A DNA stretch of 64,000 nt from Eukaryota sp. GEM-RC1. Its lineage: Eukaryota. The notes below the pieces were generated by a model. That model was not told the DNA's origin. It worked only from the letters and a program-made list of their open reading frames with translations, and did no database searches. The stretch is from the NCBI GenBank assembly GCA_040285855.1, contig JAUFOQ010000003.1, positions 186,001-250,000 of the forward strand, given 5' to 3'. Positions 24,629 to 35,800 of the stretch are shown here, piece by piece; the stretch's first letter is position 1; each line of letters starts with the position of its first letter. The translations under genes and the position numbers were made by a program.

Positions 24629-25849
24629 ATGAGACACTTGGATAGCCCGGATAAGGCACTGGCTCGACGTAAGTTCCACACTCTTCGAAGCTATCTATCT
24701 GATCGATGTTACTTAGAATCAGATTCAGCGCCACATATCTCCTCCGAACATCTCAATGACATCATCCACAGACTACAAATACCTGTAAAACACACCTTCC
24801 TATCAGATGTGGAACAATATTGTTCCGCTAAAGAATCTCTTATTGATTTCTCCAAGCTTCTCGATCGCTTATCCTTCAAACACAAACGAGGAAAACTCAC
24901 AGCCTTCGTCTACGTCCCTTCTTCCGATGAACTTGTTAATAACTCTTCTTCTTCATCATCATCAGAAGATACCTCTTCCAATAGCCTTCCTCCTCAGCAG
25001 CGTCCACAGTCAGCCCCCGCTGTGGCCATGACTACAACCATAACTCACCCCTTTGCAGTCGACTGTACATCTGAAACAAACGAATGCCTGACAAGACTTT
25101 CTGTATGGAAGAAAATCTCTGCTTTTAAACACCGCTTAGCACACTTTGACTTTTGTTGCAATGGTGAAATTGATTTTTCAATGTTTTGTGAGATTTTGAG
25201 ATCATTCAGGGTCTCCTACAGTAAACATTTCTTAGCCCAAATATTATCAAAATTTCAAATAGAGGAAGGTAGTGATCTCATCTCATACCAGAAAGTTTTT
25301 GATTTCTTGAAACTTGATTATGACAGTCTGAACAATTCAAAAGACTTTATGACTGATTATAAGCCTTGGATTATCCCTCATGGTACAGCGGAAGATCAGT
25401 ACAAACACGGATTTGTCAATGAAAATTTTAATAATGATGGTACTCACGTTTTCAGATCAATGGTGAAAAGGCCAAAAACCGCGTGTACAATTGATCCTGG
25501 TCCACGTGATCGATTGAAATTTGCAGAGGAACCGGCAGTTTCCAGAAATGATAAGGTAGAGATTGCTAAATCACGAAATCCATTGTTGTCTGCTCGTTTT
25601 ACTGATTTAGGCAAGTGTCAGAGCTATCTAAGTAGTTGTGATTCTACTAGGACAATGGGTGAACCTTATCCAATCAAGAAGGAATCAATTATTGATGTGA
25701 TTGCCAATCAGTTCTGTAATCGACAATCAAATTTTGTTCGAAATCCAAAAGTGTTCAAAAGGAAAAACTTTGGTTATTCAAAGTCAACCAAAACGTGTAA
25801 TTTAAGAACAGAATTTATTAAGAACAGATTGAAAAACATGACCGTGTAA
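24629..25849 (+). CDS. Uncharacterised protein with degenerate EF-hand-like motifs
   Basis: Long ORF with FDFCCNGEIDFSMFCEIL and DLISYQKVFDFL. Confidence 0.65.
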   Translation: MRHLDSPDKALARRKFHTLRSYLSDRCYLESDSAPHISSEHLNDIIHRLQIPVKHTFLSDVEQYCSAKESLIDFSKLLDRLSFKHKRGKLTAFVYVPSSDELVNNSSSSSSSEDTSSNSLPPQQRPQSAPAVAMTTTITHPFAVDCTSETNECLTRLSVWKKISAFKHRLAHFDFCCNGEIDFSMFCEILRSFRVSYSKHFLAQILSKFQIEEGSDLISYQKVFDFLKLDYDSLNNSKDFMTDYKPWIIPHGTAEDQYKHGFVNENFNNDGTHVFRSMVKRPKTACTIDPGPRDRLKFAEEPAVSRNDKVEIAKSRNPLLSARFTDLGKCQSYLSSCDSTRTMGEPYPIKKESIIDVIANQFCNRQSNFVRNPKVFKRKNFGYSKSTKTCNLRTEFIKNRLKNMTV

Positions 25850-26115
25850 TCTAATTAATACCTAGTTAATACCTACTAATTACTGGCTCAAATTATTGAA
25901 ATGACCAACTGTGTAGCATAATTTTGTAATAAAATCTTTCAAAATTTGAATTCAATCTTAATTATTAAAATCCAGTCATTACTAACAGTTTCTAAGTACG
26001 TAAAACTTAAGTAAACTGTTTACCTAATAACAATCAATACATACTTGCCTATTCAAGAACTAACCAGGAGTATTGTCACTGTAAAAATAATTTAAATATA
26101 TTAAATATACAGAAC

Positions 26116-27456
26116 TCAGCTCAACATTCGGAGTAGTTGTTGACGTTGTTTCAAAACATCTATAAAATCCTGGGAAAACTTAACTTTGAGAGTATCAAAA
26201 TCTCTAAAGAACTCATTAATTTTAGAAAATGCCAAATCAATTTCATGATTTTTCATTAAACAAAGAGTTAAATTTAAAAAACATTGAGGATGATACTCGT
26301 TTGCTAGAGACAAAGGTACGTTCTCGCAAATAGATAGACAATTACAAAAGAAAGAGCTTGCCTCGTGATATTCTTGAGAAATCAGCAGAATTCTACCTTT
26401 TTCAAGTAGACTTTTCAAGACTGTTTCTGAACAAATCCAATAATTCTGTCGAACTTCGTTAAATTTAACATCTTGCTGATCAAAATACTGAAGAGATTGA
26501 TTGAAACATTCCCAAGCTGAGTAGAACTCATTAATCTCCATTAATAAATCAGATTTTTGTTGAAGAACTTCTCCAATCAAACCTCTATCATTTTTTGATA
26601 GCTGACCGTCAGACCTTCCTATTACGGTGTCTATATCAGCTAACGCCTGGCTTCTTCTTCCCAAACCAACACAAATGCTCGCACGCAGAACTAAAGCAGA
26701 AATATTGAAGGGATACTTAGCCAAAACAGATGTAACAACATTAAACGCAGAAACCAAATCCTTACCTTGAACTAAGTTCCTAGCTCTCACCAACAAAGCT
26801 TCATCAGGAGTATTAGCATGTTGATCACTAGAACAAAAGGTTTCTGGTCTCTCCTCTCTAGAACAAAGAGACCCAGCAGGAGTTAGATTGACTTTGATTG
26901 ACAGAGTCTTTCTGACTGGAGGGAGGGCAGCGTGGGTGGTAGGAGTTGATGTGGGGGAAGGTTTAATAGGGAGAGATGAAACAGTGTTGGCAATGACGGA
27001 CTGTTCATGAGCCATTAACTCATCTAAATGCTGCCGTTCTTGTTTTTGAAGAGAGTATTGGTGAGAAAGAGATTGTCTATCAACTTGTTGTTGGGTTTCT
27101 GAGTGTTTTTGGTCTTGGGATTGGAGATGAGAAGTGTAGCGGTTAAGGGATTCAGTACGACGTGATAAACGAGCTTGTTTTGACATTTCCTTGTCTGGAA
27201 TAGTGACATAGGGCCAATACTGGTCTGTTGTTTTTTTGAGGGAAATTGTAACCTCACCAAAGACAGACTTGAAGGAAGATTCAGAGATGGATACTTCATA
27301 AGGAAGGTCAAGGAGAAGAACATAAGGAGCAGAGTTTACCTTGACATGGACGTCACTAATGATGACATCAATATCACCAGGCTTCTTGGACGGTAGTTCA
27401 ACTGTGACATCAATTCTTGAAAAGGATTGAGAGACGGTGTACAATGGGGTTAACAT
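26116..27456 (-). CDS. DNAAF4: Dynein axonemal assembly factor 4 (DYX1C1)-like: CS domain, coiled coil, TPRs
   Basis: N-terminal CS-like VKVNSAPYVLLLDL...ISLKK...W, then coiled coil and TPR-like helices. The true ATG is at 27456; the ORF extension upstream lies inside a transposon. Confidence 0.7.
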   Translation of the reverse strand: MLTPLYTVSQSFSRIDVTVELPSKKPGDIDVIISDVHVKVNSAPYVLLLDLPYEVSISESSFKSVFGEVTISLKKTTDQYWPYVTIPDKEMSKQARLSRRTESLNRYTSHLQSQDQKHSETQQQVDRQSLSHQYSLQKQERQHLDELMAHEQSVIANTVSSLPIKPSPTSTPTTHAALPPVRKTLSIKVNLTPAGSLCSREERPETFCSSDQHANTPDEALLVRARNLVQGKDLVSAFNVVTSVLAKYPFNISALVLRASICVGLGRRSQALADIDTVIGRSDGQLSKNDRGLIGEVLQQKSDLLMEINEFYSAWECFNQSLQYFDQQDVKFNEVRQNYWICSETVLKSLLEKGRILLISQEYHEASSFFCNCLSICENVPLSLANEYHPQCFLNLTLCLMKNHEIDLAFSKINEFFRDFDTLKVKFSQDFIDVLKQRQQLLRMLS

Positions 27457-27479
27457 CTCGACTTTTTTACAATCTACAC

Positions 27480-28157
27480 CAGGGATGTTCAAAAATAATT
27501 GCATTATGCAATTATTGCAATACTCTACAATACAGTATTGCAATAATGTATTGCAACATGATGGAGTATTGCAATTATTTATTGCATAATTTTGTCTACC
27601 TTAGAGCAAATAAACTAACATATCAATTCAATAAAAATGCAAATATTTCCTTTATTAACAGAACAAAATGACAAATTGTTAAGAACAATCAATAGAAGAC
27701 AGTCTTATGCTAACTTGAACCGTCAACAAGCTCAATCTTTTGTACAGTCACCATTTCTTTCACAGTGTTCATATTCCAATAACTTCGATTGATTGACAAG
27801 AATAGCTGAGCTTCAAGTCTTTCATGACTAAGAGCCATTCGTGATAATTCTTTTGCTATTCTAACACGACTTTGCCTTTTGCTCGGAAGTAAAAGGGGGC
27901 ATATGGTAACTGCTGAGTACAAAAGTGCCCAGAGTAAGAGTAGAACAGTGTTAGGGGTAAGAAAATTGGCACTACTTAGTAGACGTATTTTTCTACCTCC
28001 ACAACTGTATATTGTTAAATTTTCAGTATTGGAATAATGTATTGTAGAAACAATGTGTATTGCAATAATGTATTGCAGAATCATTGTGTATTGCAATAGT
28101 GTATTGTGAATCAATTTTTAGTTACAATATATTGCAATATATTTTTGAACATCCCTG
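27480..28157. mobile_element. hAT-type non-autonomous element (678 bp) with transposase C-terminal remnant
   Basis: TIRs CAGGGATGTTCAAAAAT / ATTTTTGAACATCCCTG; 8-bp TSD ATCTACAC (27472-27479, 28158-28165); internal RMALSHERLEAQLFLSINRSYW; TATTGCAAT subterminal repeats. Confidence 0.92.
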
Positions 28158-28162
28158 ATCTA

Positions 28163-28262
28163 CACTTTAGGAAACATTTAGTCTCACTGAGACTAATTCT
28201 GTACTGAGACTATTTTTGTACTGAGACTAATTCTGCACTGAGACTAAATGTTTCCTGGAGTG
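28163..28262. mobile_element. 100-bp TA-flanked MITE with internal tandem repeats
   Basis: TIRs CACTTTAGGAAACATTTAGTCTCA / TGAGACTAAATGTTTCCTGGAGTG, flanked by TA; four ACTGAGACTA units at ~17-nt spacing. Confidence 0.8.
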
Positions 28263-28827
28263 TACATAGCCAGAATAATGTTTCACCTTCTATTACTGCA
28301 CTTTATTGACAAGGTAGTTTTTACTGTGATTAAGAGTCTACATGATAACGTTAGGGCGCACCTATATTTAAAGGAATGAAAGGGAGGTTGATCAAATCGT
28401 ATGTCTGCTTCAAATATTTCTACAGTTCTCCCCTAGAGAACAGAACTCCCACGAAAAACATAATGAAGACAAGCAAAAACCGAACAATTTAATTATATCT
28501 TACGAACAAAACGAATGTTTATCACTGCTTAATTTCCAGTTTCTGATTAAAACGAAAAAATTTTTGATCTTAAGAAAACAGTCTGGTATTTAATTTATCC
28601 CTAGTGAAAATTCAAAAGGATACACTGAAAAATTTGGCTATAGTTGTTCAACTTTGACGTATCAGTGAATTAAAAAGTTACTAACGGAACAAACCAAATA
28701 AATACTAGTAAATATCAAAGTAAATAAACAACAAATCCCACAAATGATTAAACCTTAACGCTTTTCTCCAATAGAGAATATCAAAAATCTATGAGGCAGA
28801 GTGCCACGTCACCTAATTAAATAAGAC

Positions 28828-31800
28828 CTAAAACTGACGCAAACAAGACAACCTTTTTGTAGTAATTTCAGAAAATCCCTGTGCATTTTTAGTAACCTCG
28901 TAATAATCTTCAGGAAGCTCAAAAGACTCGTTTCCAGTTGCCTGATAGGCTTCAATCAATTGATTGATGAAATCACCATCATGAGTGATTATAACCAACT
29001 GTAGACTCTGAGTTCCAGTCACAGTAAGTTTAGCTAGACTATTAGCTAATCCCCTAGCATTATCCACATCTAGATTAGTAGTCGGTTCATCTAAAGTAAG
29101 GAAGTTACACCGAACTCCAAAGGTTTCAGCTAAAGCCAATCTAATAATAATACTTGCCAAAACTTTCTGACCGGCTGAACATTGTCCTTTCATATCAACA
29201 GAAACCCCATTCTGAACAAATACAACACGGTATTTGTACTTTCTTGCTTGATTTCTAGCAGTGATCTCAGTATTGGTTTCGATTTTAACAGAATCAATAT
29301 CTTTTCCATGATAAGTCTGTTGCCACAGATATCCAATCTTTTCATTTAAAATTTCTAATTTAGTTCGATGATATTCAATGATTGCAGTATTAACCAGATC
29401 CATATACTCAGTGGTGTCCTTGATTCCAGCATCTACAGCCTCGAAATCAACACAAACTTGTTTAACCAAATGGTCTAAATTTTCAAAATCTCTTCCACAC
29501 AACTGTTTCTGTGCATTGCTCATTGATTGTTTTTGAGCAGCTTTTCGTCCTTCTAAATGAGATATCTTATTTAAATAATTCTGACGAAGATTTTCTTTTT
29601 CTTTGTGTCTTTGTTTAATTTCTGACAATTGAGTAGCAAGTTTCCATTCAGGAGACGTTTCCAATGATTGGATTTGAACAACGAGTTCATTCTGAGCTTC
29701 ATCATTTTGTAAAAGTTGAATATTCATTAAAATGACATTTTCTAAATTTTGGAGACGACCGAGAGCTTCTTTTTCCTTAGCTAATTGATCTTTTTGTTCA
29801 TTAAAACGATTCTCTAGAGTTTCATACTCAGATTTAATCTGATCAACTCTGTCCACAGTTTCTTTGATTTCAATCAATTCTGATCGTCTGGAACCTATCT
29901 TTTCCAAAAGTGATTTAATATTTTGAATAATAGGAGTCAACGACTTTACAGACTCGTTCAAGGTAGAAATCTCAGTTTTTAAACTTGAAGCGAGACTATT
30001 AAATCGAGATTCTACTCTGGATTTTTCCTCAATTAGAGATTGATGGGGTTTCTCAACAGAAACTTTCTTTAACTTTAAATCTTGTAAGGTACTTTGGGTT
30101 TCCAAGTAATCGTTGTTTGACATTGGCCAGGTCTGCAACTTGATTTTTCAAATCTGAGACTAAATTTAATTTAACAGATCTCTCATTCATTAAGGAAAGA
30201 TGTCGTTCTTGGAAGTGACTCAGGGTAGATTCCAAGTCAGTTTTAGTAGATTCTAACTCAGAAATTGAAGCTGAAATTACTTCTGGTGGGTCAAACAGTC
30301 CTTGTTCTTGGTCAATAGTTGACTGGAGGTTAGACAATTGCTGATTAATGGTGCTGATTTTCTTGAAATTGAATTTGATTTCCTCCAATGAACGTTTGCG
30401 ACTGTCACATGTTTTTAACTCTCGTAGTACCCGCTCCTTTTCCTGATTGATTGAATCAACAGCGTCATCCAAAGATGATTGCTGGTCAGTGAGCTCCTGA
30501 AATTTAACATTAATAGAAGAAAGTTCAGTAACATCCTTTTGATACTTAAGGTAAAGTTCTTTAATTGAGTTCAGTTTTTTTAAATTTTCAGTTAACTTCT
30601 CCTCTTCGCCGACTAACTTTCCCACAATCTGTTCCGCTTCTACTTTCCGTTCACTAAGTTCTTCTAGGAAATCAGGTAGTCTTTCTTTAGTGAGTTTGGA
30701 TTTACAAAGAGAACAAGAGGAGGAAGTACAAGAATCATCATAGAACTCATCAAATGACGTGATAAGAGCTCTTTTGACTGTAATCTTTCGAGAAACCTGA
30801 GCTAGAGTCTCCTCACTTGATGAGATTTCAGCCAACACATCCTGAGAACCGTAGGTCTGCTCATATGTTTTAATATCTTTTGAATTCTCTTAAAACTTTT
30901 ACGAAGTGTCTTATGATTGGTATTAATCAACCTAATCTCAGCTTCCTTATCTGCTAACTGATACTGAACTTGATCTAAGGACCGCTGTAGACTCTGTCTG
31001 GAACCTTCAACAGTTTCAAGTTGAGTATTAAGCTGAGATACAGAGGATAAGTTATCTAAAGTAGTCAAATTAGAAAGGTCGCTTTCAGTGAAGGTTTGAT
31101 TGATGACACGTTGCAGATGATCAGTTTCCCGATTTAAAACAGCAATCTCAGCTTTGTAATTGGCAAGTTTGTTGGATAATGAATGAGCCTTAGACAAGAG
31201 CTCTTTCTTTTCCACAAGAGACTTTTGAATCAGATTAATCTCCCCATGAAGATTCTTCATCTTTTCTTCCTGTTTTAAATGTTTCTGTAACTCAATATCT
31301 GCCATAGTATACTCTGACTCAGCTGAAGAAAGTTGAGACAAAGAGAACCTCCTGAAGCTAATTTGGCTTCGAACTGGGGAATAGCACTATTGAGAGAGGA
31401 CATTTGCTTGTCAATTTGTTCAGATTCGCGTTTAATAGAGATAATCTTTGAGTCAATTTCTCTTAAACTAGCATAATACCGAGTCTGTTGAGATTCCATC
31501 AACGCCTGTTGTTCGTACAACTTCTTCTCCAAAACTTCTTTGTGATTAACTGCTGAAGAAAGGGTAGACGCTATGAACTGATTGAACATTGAGAAATCGT
31601 CTTCAAATGAGTGGCTGGAAGGAACATAGTTCTTTAATACGGATGGAATAGAGATACCAAAAGTACTGAGGGAAACACTTGACTTAATTAACTCAACTTC
31701 AAGATCAACAATTTGATTGGTACGTTCAGTGATTGCTCCAATTGACGCTGCAACGTTATCATACATCTTCTTTGAGTCTAGATAACGTTTCCGCACGTGA

Positions 31801-32797
31801 TCAATTCCAGTAGAAAGTTTTTGAATCAATTCTTCCTTTTGAATAATATCATTAGGCAACGTAGTCAACTTTTCAGTTAACTTTGGAATAGTTGCTCCAG
31901 AAATCACCGTAACATCCTTTAACCTGTCTTGTTCTTTCATTAAATGTTTAATTTTCTCCTCCAGTCGTTGGGCTTCTCGAGAGAAAGTCTCGGCAATTTC
32001 TAAATTGTCTGCTAATTTAATAACTTGTTCTTCTATTTCTTGTAGTCCTCGTGTTAATCCTTGTAATTCTTCAATATTCTTCTTAATTTCAGCAGCACCA
32101 GTGTCAGAAAACTCTTTCAAAGTAGCAAATCTCTTTTGTCTTTCCACTAATTCAGCTCTAGACCCTTCAATCTCAAGTTTCTTATCTTTTAAAAATTTTG
32201 TATGATCTTTTAAAACCCCTAGAGCTTGAGTATACTTGTGACTAGCAAATATCTTGTCAAACAATTCCTGAACCTTCTTGTCATCACCAAAAGGCCACAA
32301 GTTATCTTCCTGATGGCAAAGATTACATAATCCAAGAGCGCTTTGTTCAAACCCAATTTCTTGAGAATCACTTCGTTTACATCACTATTATTGGAGTTAG
32401 AGACCAAGGACTGACCTGCTTCTTGGTTTGTAAGGGTTGACTCCATTTTAGAGAAGGAATATTTGTTCCCACGAAGGACAACTTTCATGGACCTAGTGAT
32501 ACCAAAGAGAGAGTCAGGCTGGCGGACATCACGAAGCCAGACGACTATCTTGGCTTGGTTTTCAGTCTGGTTGGAGAGGCGAGGGTCGTTGACAAAGCGT
32601 TGTCCCTTCATTGAGTTTGGAGGAGGATCTCCTGTACAGACATAGCGGAGAGATTCAATGATTGTGGTCTTTCCGGAGCCATTTGCTCCCTTGATCATAG
32701 TTATAGGATATCGAAACTGGATAGATTGGGAAGTATTATGGATAGGGGGTTGAAAGCTTCTCACACCAGCCACATCCACGGAGTGAAGAGCGTACAT
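28828..32797 (-). CDS. RAD50: RAD50 (MRN complex ATPase), split by ~4 single-base indels
   Basis: GVRSF, Walker A GANGSGKTTIIESL, F(C)HQEDNLWP, long coiled coil with CSLC hook, CSAGQKVLASIIIRLALAETF, LDEPTTNLD, QLVIITHD. Confidence 0.95.
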
Positions 32798-32878
32798 GAA
32801 GAAACTGGCCGAGATGAAGGGGAAAAATGCCGGGAAATAAAGTTGCCGGCCTTTTGTTTCACCCTCCACACACCCCAA

Positions 32879-35800
32879 ATGAGTCTGGATGTTTACGTGT
32901 CTAAGTTGAACAGCAAAGATTCATCCGCCAAGAGAACAGGATACTTCTCTGAAATCTGTGATCTTCTGTCTGTAGAAGCAAACAGACACAAACTGGATTC
33001 TTACACACTCTCATCTGCTCCTTTAAACTGGCAAGTCGTTATTGAACAATTAGCCACCTTTCTCACTTCCATTTCCAAAACTGAGTCCAAACTTCTCCAA
33101 GTGAATTCCAAATTCGCCAAGGACCTTTTCCCCATCCTCCTAGACAACAGTCTTCGATTCCTCAACTCCCTTGACCTCCTTCTTGCTCTAGGCGAAAGGT
33201 TTACTTTCCCCTCAGTTCAATCCGTCTATCTATCTCTCTACGCAGACCTCTTCTCCTGCAAGGACTTCGCTCACTTCTTCTTCAAGTATCAGGTCTATGA
33301 GACTTATGTGTTACCTCTTATAGATGATCTCTTGGTCTCCTTCAACTCTACTACTGGTCAAAGCTCTTCTTTTATAAAGTTGGTGACGAGGTTTTTGATG
33401 GCTGAAACTGCACCTCATGAACTGGCTTTGTGTAAGTTTAAATATTTGACAACTATTTGGAACAGTATTACAGCTCATCATTTGGAAATTTTAAAATTAT
33501 TTGATTGCTGTTTCGAAAAGTTGTCCAATCTGCGCCCCCACAAACTTTTTGAGCCCAGTTTGTTCGTATTTTTTCCCTTTTTTATCGAATGTTTCCGTAA
33601 CTGTAACTCACCAGGTGTAATAGAAGTCCTTTGTAAAATTATAACATCAATACTGAACTCTCTCAATCACTCAAATTTGATTGATTGTGATGAGCTCAAG
33701 TGTTTCCTATTTTCTCTTCAACGATCCCTACTATTTAAATTGGGAAATGGAACTGATCGTAGGACTGTTTTTCAGTCAAGTTTTCCTCATCTTTTGGCTA
33801 CGTGTTGTTCTTTAATGGGTCTTGTAAAACAAGAACCTGTTCCTTCTAGGAAAAGAACTTCTTCACAGAAATCACCTCATAATACCTCTCAAATTAATAC
33901 TCAGATGAATTTTGTGATTGAAGTTGTTGATCTGTTGAACGATTCGAGTGTTATACCTGACAAAAAACGTGATATTTTGACGTTTTTGCAGATATTTCAC
34001 TCACAGTTCTACTCTCCTTCTGTTTCAGTTCCATCATTGATTCCTTCACTAGTAGGCAATGGTTCTAATTCTGGACTTATTTCATACGTTGTGATTGCAT
34101 TGAGCTCTATATTAGATGCCACTACGACGCCTTCTTTTTCAGAGCAGAATTACAATGAAATTTTCCTCCTAATTAAAGACAATTTGTTTAAAAATTATGC
34201 ATTGACAGGAATTTTTCTTTCTCTGTTGACTTCTCTTTTAAAGAAATATCCCTTTACTGAAGGTTTTGCTTTTCTACATTCTAGTATTTTCGAGTTTTTG
34301 ACCTTTTTTGAAACGACCCCCAATGACGTCAGCAATCATCTTGATGGATTTCTTTCCTCTTTAAATTTGATTTTAAAACGTTTCAGGTTCAACTCAAGTG
34401 ATGAGAATCTGAGATTAACTGTTTTAAAATTCTGTTGTAATTTAGGTCTGAATGATTTAAAGATAAGTACATTACCAGAACTAGCTCATACCGTCTCTTC
34501 TTTGTGTATTTCAAAGTTAAATCGCGAAGACGAAGTTTTGATTGATTACGTGACCAACAGTCATCTGATTGATTGCCGAGATTTCCTGTGCCATCACGTA
34601 AAGCATCTTTTTGATACTGTAGAATCTATCCCTCTGAATGATTGTTGTCGTCTTTTGCTAGTTGTTTTACTAGAACATGACCAACTTCTGTCCTTGGGTG
34701 CTATCAATTACCATTTTAGTCAGCTTATTTTAAAACTGGTGGAATTTGTCTTGAACAATTTTACTGACGTTTACTCTGAAATGAATGGAATTATGAGTTT
34801 TTTGCCCAATAATTTCAATTTAAGCAAGAACTTGGCTAGTGATGTATTAGGTTCATTTTCGTCTTCTTATGAGGCCTTTCTTGAGAAGATTTGTAACCAA
34901 TCATTTTCCATAGATGTATTAGAATTGGCTATCAATTTCAATTTCAAAATTTTTGGTCAAATTTCGATTTTGCCCGAACTAGGTACATTAATTACTCATG
35001 GAAATGAAATCATCAACTTTATGTTAGATAACTCTTTCAGCTCGTCCTATCTATGTTCCATTTTCAACGCTATTACTACTCAAAAACTATACCAACAATT
35101 CCCTTGTCAAATAGTCGAAATGTTATGTCAGTTATGTCGTAAGAAATCAATCTATATGAAGCTACGGTCGATTTCTCTGTCGTTAACGCGAGTGTTTTCT
35201 TCATGTTTTACTGTTTTATCTCAGAATTGCCATCTTGAAGACAATTTGAATTGTTTAACAGTATTATTTCACTTCATTTTTGAAGAAGACTTTCTGACAT
35301 CCATACAAGATTACGTTTCCGCTGAATCCTTGACTTTTCATAGCATATTATTTGAATTTCTGATAAGTCTATCTCACAAGCAACTCTCACAGTTCCACCT
35401 CAACAATGACCAATTGATTCGATTATTCCAATTTGTTCAAGTATATCAGACAATTACAGATATATCTCCTGATGTGTTTCCTAAACTCATCGATTGTATT
35501 TGTTCAGCATTAAGTTGTGCAGCCGCTTTATTATCAAACAAAGTGAACCCTTTAATCAATCTATTTTTAGGTACAACATGTGAATTATTATCTCCATGGT
35601 TTGAATCTTTAGAATTTACTGTGGATAATTTATTTAATTTTTCTATTATAGTAGACTTCTTGTCTACTGCTCTCACTGAAACACCATGGTTTTCAATGTT
35701 TGTAAGACCTTTTGTCAAATTTTTAGTTTTCCTTTCAAGATTCAAAGCTTCAGTGGGTGATATTTTATCTATTCTGGTTCTTTTGGTCAACTTCAAAGTT

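Noticed and set aside
28163..28262. CRISPR-like array
   Set aside because: Units of ~17 nt are nearly identical with no unique spacers and lie between TIRs; this is a MITE.
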